From contig DPHE01000079.1 of NCBI GenBank assembly GCA_003521815.1, forward strand, positions 1 to 62,246: DNA of 62,246 nt, read 5' to 3'. The position numbers were made by a program, and so were the translations under genes. Source of the stretch: Colwellia sp. Its GTDB lineage: Bacteria > Pseudomonadota > Gammaproteobacteria > Enterobacterales > Alteromonadaceae. Below, piece by piece: positions 1-9,136 of the stretch. Numbering within the stretch: position 1 is the first letter of the stretch; the number at the start of each line of letters is the position of its first letter. A model generated the notes under the pieces. That model was given only the letters and a program-made list of their open reading frames with translations. It made no database searches and was not told where the DNA came from.

Positions 1-15
1 TCTATCTCACCGCCA
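1..15 (+). tRNA. 3' end of a tRNA, probably tRNA-Ser (truncated by window edge)
   Basis: TCTATCTCACCGCCA ends in CTCACC-G-CCA, the acceptor 3' strand, G discriminator and CCA typical of GGTGAG-starting tRNA-Ser; followed at once by a terminator hairpin. Anticodon not visible. Confidence 0.7.
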
Positions 16-21
16 CATTAA

Positions 22-55
22 AAAAATCCGCTAATCGAAAGATTAGCGGATTTTT
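22..55 (+). terminator. Rho-independent terminator after tRNA
   Basis: Perfect inverted repeat AAAAATCCGCTAATC-GAAA-GATTAGCGGATTTTT. Confidence 0.9.
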
Positions 56-151
56 GCTTTCTAGCTTTAAAATATTTAAGTAATGGGTTTATAGCACTGA
101 CCTAGATCACCATAGTGCGTGAAGTTTTAACTGAAGAAGAGGTAGCGGTTA

Positions 152-394
152 ATGATTGTTCACAGCAGTTTAGTTCTCTTCATATCAACATTATTTTTTG
201 TCAGCATTACTCCTAGTCTGTGTATTAGCTTAGTCATGTCTGTAGGTATTCGTAGAACGTTATGGATGATAATAGGTGAGGTTATTGGGGTAGTTGCAGT
301 GGCTATTTTTGTCGTTGTTGGTGTTGCTTCAGTAATGCTTAAGTATCCTGATATATTTACTTTGGTGAAGTATTTAGTCGCCTTACTTTATTGA
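152..394 (+). pseudogene. LysE/RhtB-family translocator, truncated
   Basis: N-terminus FFVSITP...G.RRTLWM.GE..GV...GVA.VML.YP..F...KY matches the LysE family, but the ORF is 80 aa versus ~200 aa typical and the conserved PG is lost. Confidence 0.7.
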
Positions 395-549
395 ACGTGT
401 AGGCATATGGTTAGTTGTATCTTAGAACTCATCCACTTCAGTATTTATCAATCTGTTTTCCAAAAGGTATAATAACAATGAAAACTGAATGTATTTTTTA
501 AAATAGTAATGTAATATCAACAAGCTAAAAATAACCAAAGGAAAATACT

Positions 550-933
550 ATGTTTAGTCATATCATGATCGGGGCGAACGATATTCAAGCGTCTAAAATA
601 TTTTACGATGCCATTTTAGGCGAATTAGGCCATAAAGCAGGAGTTATAGACGAAAAAGGTCGCTGTTTTTATTTTACTAAAAGTGGTATTTTTGCCCTAA
701 CGACACCTATTAACGGGGAGCCTGCTAGTCATGGAAATGGCACAACGATAGGTTTTTCTGTGGTGTCTGGAGAACAAGCTGACGCATGGCATGCTGCCGG
801 TATTGCAAACGGTGGGGTAAACTGTGAAGATTTACCGGGTGTTCGTGCAATGGGAGAAGGGCAACTTTACCTCGCCTATTTACTGGATCCATCAGGTAAT
901 AAAATTTGTGCGCTGCATCAAATTACCGAGTAA
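550..933 (+). CDS. VOC/glyoxalase-family protein
   Basis: MFSHIMIG.ND...FYDA.L and LYLAYL.DP.GNK.CA motifs; 127 aa; AAGGA RBS. Confidence 0.85.
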   Translation: MFSHIMIGANDIQASKIFYDAILGELGHKAGVIDEKGRCFYFTKSGIFALTTPINGEPASHGNGTTIGFSVVSGEQADAWHAAGIANGGVNCEDLPGVRAMGEGQLYLAYLLDPSGNKICALHQITE

Positions 934-947
934 AAAGTAATTTCACA

Positions 948-976
948 TAAAAAAGTGCTTTTAAGCGCCTTTTTTA
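948..976. terminator. probable bidirectional terminator
   Basis: Imperfect hairpin with A-tract and T-tract between convergent genes. Confidence 0.5.
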
Positions 977-1003
977 TAGTCAATATTTAACATAGTCGTT
1001 TAC

Positions 1004-1405
1004 TTATGATTCACTTGGGGGGCGACTATCTTGCATTAATACATCTAGCTTTATTTGAGCTTGCTTTGGCTTTGTTAAGTCTATTACTTCAATCATTTCG
1101 CATTCATCTCTAATCATTTCGGTAATAAGACTAGGGTAATGACGGCAATCTTCGGGTCTATCTAAGTAAATGCTGCAGGTGTACTTATTTTGGGCGAGCA
1201 TATTTTTTTTGGGTTCAATCTCTAGAAAGGGGCAACTTTTTAGGCTTAAATCCGATTTTGGATCGAACCATATCTTGTTGTTTTTAACGAATTTAAATAT
1301 TTCAGGGTTAAATATTTCCCATAAATCAATTTCTTCTTTTGTCGCTGAAAGATCGCCACCACCGTATTTGATACAACATTTACCACATTGATTACAATCT
1401 TTCAT
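1004..1405 (-). CDS. YkgJ-family cysteine-cluster (Zn/Fe-chelating) protein
   Basis: CxxCGxCC...CPFL...CSIY..RP..CR.YP; start placed at MKDCNQC. Confidence 0.85.
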   Translation of the reverse strand: MKDCNQCGKCCIKYGGGDLSATKEEIDLWEIFNPEIFKFVKNNKIWFDPKSDLSLKSCPFLEIEPKKNMLAQNKYTCSIYLDRPEDCRHYPSLITEMIRDECEMIEVIDLTKPKQAQIKLDVLMQDSRPPSES

Positions 1406-1661
1406 AGTTGGCCAAATTAGTAGGATGTGCAAAACCGTATTATATCATTGATGTTATTTTTAGATCATGGTTTATTATTGTTAGCCTCTACGCATTTTAC
1501 GTCGTTTATCCTCGTTGGCTTGAGTTAATGTTTTGTTTTATTTTAGTATTCATAATAAGCTGGCACTTAACTAAGGCGCTTTTTCCCATTTTAGCGATTT
1601 GAACGATTTGAACGATTTGAACTACGACAACGACAACGTAATCATCAATGGTGAGGTTATA

Positions 1662-2336
1662 ATGAAGCAAAATATAATATTGTTTGACATAAATGAAACG
1701 GTACTGAATCTCACCACATTAAAACCTAAGTTCAAAGAAATTTTTGGTGATGAACGTGTTATTGCAACATGGTTCTCTATGCTTTTACACTCATCTACCG
1801 TGTGCATAATAACTGGTGTGAAAAGCAATTTTGCCACCTTAGCTAGTACTATGCTTGAATCCATTGCAGCTCGTATGGGGATAAAGCTTTGTGAGGCAAT
1901 GCGTGACGATATTCTGGGTGGTTTTGCTAGCCTTCCTGCTCATCATGATATTAAGCAAGCGCTAGCTCAATTAAAGTCTGCTGGTTTTCGCACGGTAGCT
2001 TTTTCAAATTCATCACTCAATTTAATATCAACTCAAATAACAAATGCAGGCTTAATGGATTATTTTGACGATATAATTTCAGTCGAAGAAACCGGTAGTT
2101 TTAAGCCCGATCCTACTGTGTATAAGTTTGCGGCTAAAAAATTAAATCAACCTCTTAAATCTCTACGACTTGTGGCCACTCACGATTGGGATACTCATGG
2201 TGCGTTGTCTGTAGGAATGCGTGCTGCTTATATTAATCGTTCAGGTGCAATCTATCATCCTTTGTACCATCAACCTGATATTTATGGGACCACCATGGGA
2301 GACATAGTTAACCAAATAATTGATAAAAATGGTTAA
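1662..2336 (+). CDS. haloacid dehalogenase type II (HAD superfamily)
   Basis: FDINETVL motif I, FSNS, FKP.P.VY, VATHDWD..GA; ATG at 1662 preceded by GAGG. Confidence 0.85.
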   Translation: MKQNIILFDINETVLNLTTLKPKFKEIFGDERVIATWFSMLLHSSTVCIITGVKSNFATLASTMLESIAARMGIKLCEAMRDDILGGFASLPAHHDIKQALAQLKSAGFRTVAFSNSSLNLISTQITNAGLMDYFDDIISVEETGSFKPDPTVYKFAAKKLNQPLKSLRLVATHDWDTHGALSVGMRAAYINRSGAIYHPLYHQPDIYGTTMGDIVNQIIDKNG

Positions 2337-2475
2337 CTCCCGTCATATAGATAATAACTGAACGCCCGATACTTGATCAGAGTCACATGATTATAAAAGA
2401 TTTTTGAGGCGCTAGGGCTATATGGATGTTATTGAGTATTCATCACATGATAAGACATTAGGCAGCGAGATAAAT

Positions 2476-2793
2476 ATGCGTAAATCGGATAAAAAAATAG
2501 AAAACCAACTTCGAATTGTACTAACGGAGGTATGTGAGACAGCATTAAAGAAGTTTAATGGCTTTGAGTGGTTAACGCATAACGTTAATTACAGTCACTT
2601 TCCTAATAGTTTAAAGGTGATTTGTATTTTTGATACTAACGATAATCTTTCTAGCTTTATTAAAAGTAATAGTTGCCGAGAGCTTGGTACGTTACTTCAG
2701 AAAAAGTTTTTTAATATTGGTATAAACCTTAAAAACATCACCCTCCATATCTCTTATGACACCGAAGAAAACAGTCATAAAAAACAAGGATAA
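2476..2793 (+). CDS. conserved hypothetical protein (family often labelled 'Fis family'), possible C-terminal frameshift
   Basis: MRKSDKKIENQLR..LTEVCE...GFEWLTH.VNY..FP.SL.V.C.F resembles a recalled marine gammaproteobacterial family; KWADRL continues in another frame after the stop. Confidence 0.6.
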   Translation: MRKSDKKIENQLRIVLTEVCETALKKFNGFEWLTHNVNYSHFPNSLKVICIFDTNDNLSSFIKSNSCRELGTLLQKKFFNIGINLKNITLHISYDTEENSHKKQG

Positions 2794-2946
2794 ATGGGCT
2801 GATAGGCTAGGGCAATGGCCACGCTAACAATCTAAAGCAATAATAATAAACTCAAAATAAGGTGTGTGAGTGTGTTAAACTTTCCTTTTTCTAGCGACCC
2901 CTATTGAGTCGCTAGAGTTACCTTTTACAGAGATTTGAGTTAATAC

Positions 2947-3288
2947 ATGTCAGACAAGTTATTTTTCAAAGGCCGTCAGGATGCACGCCAAAATCATATA
3001 AAATATGGTCATAAAAACAAGAGTAGTAATAAAGCGGGTAGTAAGAAATATCCATTGGCATTAGTTGTGACAACTGAAGCCCGTAAGATAGACGTTGAAA
3101 TCTTGGTTGATAACGCTGGTTTATTTGCTGAAGTAAGTATTGATAGCAGCGCAGGGGCCGTTGAATCTATTACCGAACTCACTATGCTTTTGAATAAACA
3201 AGCAGCAGTTAAAATAGATCAGGTACCTGGACGTAACGATCCCTGTGTTTGCGGCAGTGGAAACAAATATAAAAAGTGTTGCGGATAA
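2947..3288 (+). CDS. SEC-C metal-binding motif protein
   Basis: C-terminal [19 protein letters not shown]. Confidence 0.85.
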   Translation: MSDKLFFKGRQDARQNHIKYGHKNKSSNKAGSKKYPLALVVTTEARKIDVEILVDNAGLFAEVSIDSSAGAVESITELTMLLNKQAAVKIDQVPGRNDPCVCGSGNKYKKCCG

Positions 3289-3376
3289 TAATTTCATAAG
3301 TAAAAATTTCGGATTAAAATTTTATCCATCTGTAATTAGCGGATTAACCTGCATTGTATTTTTCTGGAGAATTATT

Positions 3377-3661
3377 ATGAATTTGGACAAGTCGACAAAA
3401 CGTATAGCAAAAAGAGTAAAAAAAGGATTTCAGGGTTATCCTCAAATTTCACTTGCCTATTTTGGTGAATCGGTTGAGTGCGCAACTGAAGTTGTTGTTA
3501 GCTTTATCTTAGAAGAGGGGGCTGCTGCCCAAGAACAAAAATTTAGCAGTAAAGGTGATGCAAGAACAGATGAAACTATTCAAACGACCTTATTAAAAAT
3601 TATCGAACGGGCAGACGCTAAAACCGTGTTAGAGGTTTCAGGTGTCTCTAGTATCACATAG
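3377..3661 (+). CDS. conserved hypothetical protein
   Basis: GGAG RBS before ATG 3377; 94 aa with KKGFQGYP.IS..YFG motif. Confidence 0.65.
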   Translation: MNLDKSTKRIAKRVKKGFQGYPQISLAYFGESVECATEVVVSFILEEGAAAQEQKFSSKGDARTDETIQTTLLKIIERADAKTVLEVSGVSSIT

Positions 3662-3749
3662 TCATGGTTATACCGCGTTGAGTTGGTAATAAATTTTATA
3701 TAATGTATAGGTTCATACCGTTGTATACAGTGTTTAGAGATTTAGAAAA

Positions 3750-4526
3750 ATGAGTAGTGTTACCTCTAAAGAATTACTTGTTGATGTAGAAGGAGGATCT
3801 ATTTACATCAAAAAGTGGATTCCTGACAATCCTAAATACACATCACCGATTGTGCTTATGCATGATTCTTTGGGGTGTGTCGATTTATGGCGAAATTTCC
3901 CCGAACAATTGGCTCGCTCATTATCATGTGTTGTCATTGCCTACGATCGACTTGGTTTTGGACGCTCAAGCGTTAATAAAAACATTCCCAGCGTTAACTT
4001 TATTTGGGATGAAGCTGATTTTTATTTTCCACACATTAAAAGCGCAGCCCAATTTAGTAGCTATTATCTTTTTGGGCATAGTGTTGGCGGCGCAATGTCG
4101 ATAGGGATAGCTGCCGTGGATAAAGAGTGTATTGGCGTGATAACCGAATCAGCACAAGCATTTGTAGAAGAGTTGACGATTGAAGGGATTAAAGAGGCTG
4201 AAATCTTATTTAAACTACCTGAACAAATGGAACGATTAAATAAATGGCACGGAAATAAAGCACGTTGGGTGCTGAGCGCTTGGATTGATGTTTGGTTATC
4301 CTCTGAGTTTTCTTCGTGGAGTTTACAGCCTCGCATTAATAAGGTAACGTGCCCTGTTTTGGCGCTTCATGGTGATAAAGATGAATATGGTTCCAATGCC
4401 TTTCCTGACTATATTGTAAGTAATGTTGCAGGAAAATCTACAATGATAATTTTGAAAAACTGTGGGCATGTTCCGCATAAAGAAAAAATGGACGATGTTA
4501 TTAATCACATTAGGTTGTTTCTTTAA
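3750..4526 (+). CDS. alpha/beta-fold hydrolase
   Basis: HDSLG, YDRLGFGRS, GHSVGG nucleophile elbow, HGDKD, GH.PH. Confidence 0.9.
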   Translation: MSSVTSKELLVDVEGGSIYIKKWIPDNPKYTSPIVLMHDSLGCVDLWRNFPEQLARSLSCVVIAYDRLGFGRSSVNKNIPSVNFIWDEADFYFPHIKSAAQFSSYYLFGHSVGGAMSIGIAAVDKECIGVITESAQAFVEELTIEGIKEAEILFKLPEQMERLNKWHGNKARWVLSAWIDVWLSSEFSSWSLQPRINKVTCPVLALHGDKDEYGSNAFPDYIVSNVAGKSTMIILKNCGHVPHKEKMDDVINHIRLFL

Positions 4527-4661
4527 CCTTATTTTACATTTTTATATTTTGCCTATATATCGTTAAACAGATATAAAAATCTCTTTTTTACTCATGTGTT
4601 GCTTGTTTTAGTTTCTTTTTTCCCGCTTAAGGCGGCTTAGCTTATTTGGAGTATTATTACG

Positions 4662-5114
4662 TTGAATAGCATTGATCTATTTGTAAAAAACTGGGGCAGT
4701 AAAAACGCCATGGTTCCAATAAACACACAGGAAATTTCAGAACTTGAATTAAAATTACATTCATTTTTACCTGATTCATATAAATATTTAATTTCGACCT
4801 ATGGTTTGGTTCACTCTCCAAATATGTTAACTAAAATCTGTGATTTAAATGCCGATGTTTCTTCTGCAGTTCAAGATTTTTTAAGCTTAGATGACATTCA
4901 CTCACTATCAAAGCTATATGAAATGATGGGGATGCCAAAGGGACATATCTTGTTTGCCTCGGATTGTAAGGGAAACATGTTTTGTTTCAAACTGTCAGAT
5001 TGTGTGAGTAAGCAAATAGATTCACCTGTATGGTATTATGATCTGGGCAATTGTAGTGTAGAACAAGTAGCGAATTCTTTTACTGGATGGCTAGATGAAT
5101 TTAATGAGCTTTAA
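4662..5114 (+). CDS. SMI1/KNR4-family protein
   Basis: I.ELE.KL...LPDSYK.L...YG ... FASD..GN.FCF...SPVWYYD...VANSF..WL; TTG start after GGAG. Confidence 0.8.
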   Translation: MNSIDLFVKNWGSKNAMVPINTQEISELELKLHSFLPDSYKYLISTYGLVHSPNMLTKICDLNADVSSAVQDFLSLDDIHSLSKLYEMMGMPKGHILFASDCKGNMFCFKLSDCVSKQIDSPVWYYDLGNCSVEQVANSFTGWLDEFNEL

Positions 5115-5117
5115 GTC

Positions 5118-5199
5118 AGCTAACTAAGCGCCAGTTATAACTATCTTTATGGCTAAATACCTATAACTGTTATTCAGTATTAGACTAGCGACGTTAATT
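5118..5199 (+). other. degenerate attC-like site
   Basis: AGCTAAC 3 nt after the stop is complementary to (G)TTAGCT at 4637-4642 just upstream of the gene; imperfect internal palindrome ending GTTAATT. Confidence 0.4.
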
Positions 5200-5350
5200 C
5201 ACCACGCAAATTAACTTGCATCAATTGGCAAACCTCATCATAAGTGAGATTTTGGCTAAGTAAATAATGTAGCTTAGTCAATATTGCCTCTAAAGTCATA
5301 TCATGGCCGCTAATAACGCCAACTTGGCTAAGTGCGTTTCCTGTTGAAGA

Positions 5351-5384
5351 CCAGTAATGCCGCTAGTATAAGTGATATTACTGG
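5351..5384 (-). terminator. probable sppA terminator
   Basis: CCAGTAAT...ATTACTGG inverted repeat just past the sppA stop. Confidence 0.45.
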
Positions 5385-5390
5385 GTTTAT

Positions 5391-7316
5391 TTATCTAGCA
5401 CCACAAGCAAGGCACAAGGTATATATGCCTTGTGGATCATTAAATTGATTCATTTTAGAAAACTCAGCTTGTAGCTGATTGATAAACTGTGTCATTGGCT
5501 TTGCATTTATGCCACCCAAAGAGGTTAACTCGCTAGCCGTGGTATACTCTGCAAAACCCAAAAAAGTGCCAAAACGAGTATTTGCTAAGAAGTGCACTTG
5601 TCCCATTAATTTTTGAATAAATTTATTACGCGAAGAAGGCTCTTTCTCAATTAATAAGGTGTCATATGTATCTAGCTTAGCTAACTTTGCTGCAACCACA
5701 ACCGCATCGGTTAAATTACCCAGTTCATCCACTAACCCAAGAGCTTTTGCTTTTTTACCAGACCATACTCTGCCTTGAGCAATCGCATCAACTTGCGATA
5801 AAGTCATATTACGATTTTCCGCTACTAAACTTATGAAATCGTGGTAACCTTTATTGATACGTAGTTGAAATAATTGTGACATACCTTTGGTTAATGGTTG
5901 AGTAGGGCCAAAACCTGCAATGTCTGTAGTTCCAACTCCATCGGTATAAATACCAAGTTTACCTAATGAGTCTTCAAAGGTCATCATCATGCCAAATATA
6001 CCAATAGAGCCCGTGATAGTAGAAGGTGCTGCGATTATTTTATCTGCAGGGGCAGAAATCCAATAACCACCAGAAGCAGCATACGTTCCCATAGAAGCAA
6101 CAACCGGTTTTCCTGCTGCTTTTAATAACTCGACTTCTTGACGAATTATTTCTGAAGCAAAAGCACTACCGCCGGGGCTATCAACACGTAATACAACCGC
6201 TTTTACCTTATCATTTGTACGCGCTTTACGTAACAAATTAGCGGTTGAATCACCGCCGATAGTACCCGGTTTGTGTATACCATTTAAGATAGTACCTTTA
6301 GCGACGATAACCGCTACTTTGTTTGTTGATTTTTTGTCAAGAGATACAATTGAAGTCGTTGCAGCTAAATAATCTTTAAAGCCAATATGGTTATAACTGT
6401 CACCTTTTTTGTTCTTACCGACTCTATCGATTAACTCACTACGCATTTGCGCTCGTGTTTTTAACTGATCAACCCAGTTATTCGTCAGTGCGTAATTGGC
6501 AAAACTACTATCTGCTTTAGTAAACTTACTTAACAGATCAGCCATACTATCATCAAAATTGTTAACGTTAAATCCTCTCTGCTTTGCGACATCTTCCTTA
6601 TATTGTTGCCACAAATCATTTAACCATAGCGCATTAGCTTCTTTTGCTTTTGCCGACATATCATCACGTAAAAAAGGTTCTACAGCAGATTTAAACGTAC
6701 CAACACGAAAGATGTGTTGATTAATAGCAAGCTTTTCTAATGCAGATTTGAAATACATATTATATCGACCATACCCCTCAAGTAACATAAAGCCTTGTGG
6801 GTTAAGCCATATATCATCGGCATGGCTAACTAGATAATATTGATTTTGTGAAAAGTTGTCGCCTAACGCGACAATTTTTTTACCTGAATTTTTAAAATCT
6901 ATTAGCGCAGCGCCAACCTCTTGTAACTTACTTAAACCAGCAGATTGTAAGCCGTGAAGTTGTAACACCAATAATTGCACCCTATCATCATTTTTTGCTT
7001 TAGCAATCACAGTTAACACATCCGCTAATAACACTTCAGGTTTGTCTTCTTTTTCGTCTAGTGCTTCGAGTAATAAAGTATCCATCGGGTTTACTTCACG
7101 CTTTTGTTCGACTAAATCGCCGACTAAATTTAACACTAAGGCCGATTTATTTGGAACAATAACTTGTTCAACATCACTACCTAATATAGCGATAAAGCCA
7201 ATGAAAAACACAACGAATATAACGTTTAAAATTACTGAACGTGTTAGGGTAAATAAACGCCATACACCTAATGCAATACGTTTAAATAGGTTTACTAATT
7301 TACTCATAAAAATCAT
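5391..7316 (-). CDS. sppA: signal peptide peptidase SppA (protease IV, 67K long form)
   Basis: FRVGTFKSAVEPF, RVDSPGGSAFAS, AASGGYWI, TGSIG, IAQGRVWSG; N-terminal TM; start may be a few codons downstream. Confidence 0.95.
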   Translation of the reverse strand: MIFMSKLVNLFKRIALGVWRLFTLTRSVILNVIFVVFFIGFIAILGSDVEQVIVPNKSALVLNLVGDLVEQKREVNPMDTLLLEALDEKEDKPEVLLADVLTVIAKAKNDDRVQLLVLQLHGLQSAGLSKLQEVGAALIDFKNSGKKIVALGDNFSQNQYYLVSHADDIWLNPQGFMLLEGYGRYNMYFKSALEKLAINQHIFRVGTFKSAVEPFLRDDMSAKAKEANALWLNDLWQQYKEDVAKQRGFNVNNFDDSMADLLSKFTKADSSFANYALTNNWVDQLKTRAQMRSELIDRVGKNKKGDSYNHIGFKDYLAATTSIVSLDKKSTNKVAVIVAKGTILNGIHKPGTIGGDSTANLLRKARTNDKVKAVVLRVDSPGGSAFASEIIRQEVELLKAAGKPVVASMGTYAASGGYWISAPADKIIAAPSTITGSIGIFGMMMTFEDSLGKLGIYTDGVGTTDIAGFGPTQPLTKGMSQLFQLRINKGYHDFISLVAENRNMTLSQVDAIAQGRVWSGKKAKALGLVDELGNLTDAVVVAAKLAKLDTYDTLLIEKEPSSRNKFIQKLMGQVHFLANTRFGTFLGFAEYTTASELTSLGGINAKPMTQFINQLQAEFSKMNQFNDPQGIYTLCLACGAR

Positions 7317-7530
7317 CTATAAATACTCACTAAAGGGTTAGTATTATCTTAACCTAAACAGGTTCAAATTTGATTGTTAGATTGTAAATAAATAAGTTTT
7401 TAGCTAACAATTTCTGCAGATGGTTTTGTAGTTGATTACCCTTTTCCTAATTGTAATAAGTGAATGAAAGAATTTTAGTGTTTAAAAGTTCATATACATT
7501 ATAAATGTAATTCAACGGAGACTAACAACA

Positions 7531-8232
7531 ATGTCTTTACTGTTATCAATCTACAATAATTTTTTAAATAAACTCCCTAAGTTTGATGGGATTCCGGCCT
7601 TATTATTACGCTTATATCTTGCACCTGTTTTTATTATGGCAGGGTTTAGTAAAACTCAGCTGCTTAATGAAGAGGTGTTAGGTATCGCATCTTTTATGGC
7701 TGATCCAAATATAATCGCTTGGTTTGGCAATAGTGAATGGGGCTTAGGTTTACCATTTCCTGCGTTATTGGCAAATTTAGTGATACTTGCTGAATTTTTT
7801 GGCGGTTGGTTATTACTTATTGGAGCACTTACAAGGTTAATCTCTATTCCGTTAATGTTTACCATGATTATGGCCGCAACCACAGTGCATGCGCCCAACG
7901 GTTGGTTTGCTATAACGCCAACTAACCCTGATACCAGTGCAGCTAAAATGATGACTTGGGTTGGGTTTGAACAAGCAGAAGCCAGTTTAGAGAATAGTGT
8001 AGAAACGGGTAAACGCTTAGAAGCAATGCGTAACCTACTTGAAAACAATGGCAATACCGATTGGTTATACGAGAATGGTAACATTGTGGTACTGAATAAT
8101 GGCATTGAATTTTCTGCCACCTATTTTATCATGTTACTTGCTTTATTCTTTATTGGGGCAGGTCGATATACGAGTGTAGATTATTATATGTCGACAATGA
8201 TTTTATCTAAGAATAAACCTATTTTCAAATAA
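7531..8232 (+). CDS. DoxX-family membrane protein
   Basis: LLRLYLAPVF..AG..K, GLGLPFP, EF.GG.LL..G..TR, NNGIEF, G.GRY.S.DY; GGAG RBS. Confidence 0.85.
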   Translation: MSLLLSIYNNFLNKLPKFDGIPALLLRLYLAPVFIMAGFSKTQLLNEEVLGIASFMADPNIIAWFGNSEWGLGLPFPALLANLVILAEFFGGWLLLIGALTRLISIPLMFTMIMAATTVHAPNGWFAITPTNPDTSAAKMMTWVGFEQAEASLENSVETGKRLEAMRNLLENNGNTDWLYENGNIVVLNNGIEFSATYFIMLLALFFIGAGRYTSVDYYMSTMILSKNKPIFK

Positions 8233-8316
8233 ATCAAAGGAGGTTAGTCACCATTTCAACTCAAGGTGCCAACCTGCTTTACCTCTAAACAGTTAATAAC
8301 TGCCTATCATCACTTT

Positions 8317-8435
8317 TTAATTTTGTAGTTTCTTAATTAATAGCTCACCCCAATGATATACAGCCAAGCCCAATATGACTAAAAACGCCCCTAACAGTAT
8401 TTTGTTGCTGATGACTTCACCGTTAAACACTACGC
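8317..8435 (-). pseudogene. C-terminal remnant of a DMT/EamA-family transporter
   Basis: FNGE.IS.K..LGA.LVILGLAVY.WG resembles the last TM hairpin of EamA proteins; no upstream body present. Confidence 0.5.
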
Positions 8436-8527
8436 GCAAAGTCATTTTAATTCCCTCTGAAATCCTGCACTTTGAATGATAACGAGTATATACTAATGCC
8501 ATCTATAATTAGAATAAACAAAATACA

Positions 8528-9070
8528 ATGACTAGTATCGAATTGCTCTTACAGCGACAATCTATGCCTTTATTAACAACACCTGCGCCAAACCCTCATG
8601 ATTTAGAGAAAATTATAGCTGCCGGTATGCGAGTACCTGATCACGCTTGCTTACAACCTTGGCATTTTACTGTAATAACTGGGGATGGTTTACAACGATT
8701 TAGTGATTTATTGGTACACTGTAGTGATAGCGCAAGTGCTAACTTAACTAGAATAGCAAAAAAGCCCTTTAGAGCGCCTATGATTATCGTGGTGAGTACT
8801 GAGTTTGTTCAACATGAAAAGGTGCCAACCCAAGAACAATTAATTTCCGCAGGGTGTTGCGCTCATGCAATGCAAATGGCATCCGTAGCACTGGATTATG
8901 GCGCTATGTGGCGAACAGGTGGATTAGCTTATAATGCGAAAATTAAACAAGGGCTGGCAATAAAAGAACACGATGAAATTGTTGGTTTTTTGTATATAGG
9001 AACGCCTTGCAAAGAACAAGCGCTGAAAACGACTAAGAGCTTTGAAAAGAAAGTGAGTTATTGGAAATAG
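8528..9070 (+). CDS. ydjA: NAD(P)H nitroreductase (YdjA-like)
   Basis: LL.R.S...L..PAP, RVPDH..LQPW.F, RAP.II.V, G..WRTG, IVGFLYIGT; near sppA as in other gammaproteobacteria. Confidence 0.85.
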   Translation: MTSIELLLQRQSMPLLTTPAPNPHDLEKIIAAGMRVPDHACLQPWHFTVITGDGLQRFSDLLVHCSDSASANLTRIAKKPFRAPMIIVVSTEFVQHEKVPTQEQLISAGCCAHAMQMASVALDYGAMWRTGGLAYNAKIKQGLAIKEHDEIVGFLYIGTPCKEQALKTTKSFEKKVSYWK

Positions 9071-9082
9071 ATATTTTTTTAA

Positions 9083-9114
9083 ACTATACCCGTTCCAACT
9101 GGAACGGGTATAGT
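9083..9114. terminator. hairpin between convergent ydjA and asnS
   Basis: Perfect 14-bp stem ACTATACCCGTTCC-AACT-GGAACGGGTATAGT. Confidence 0.75.
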
Positions 9115-9136
9115 GCAATCAATAATTAATAACTAA

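Noticed and set aside
1594..1638. Short tandem repeats (TTGAACGAT, ACGACA) giving MNDLNDLNYDNDN
   Set aside because: Only 2-3 copies, upstream of the likely ATG at 1662; consistent with simple slippage.
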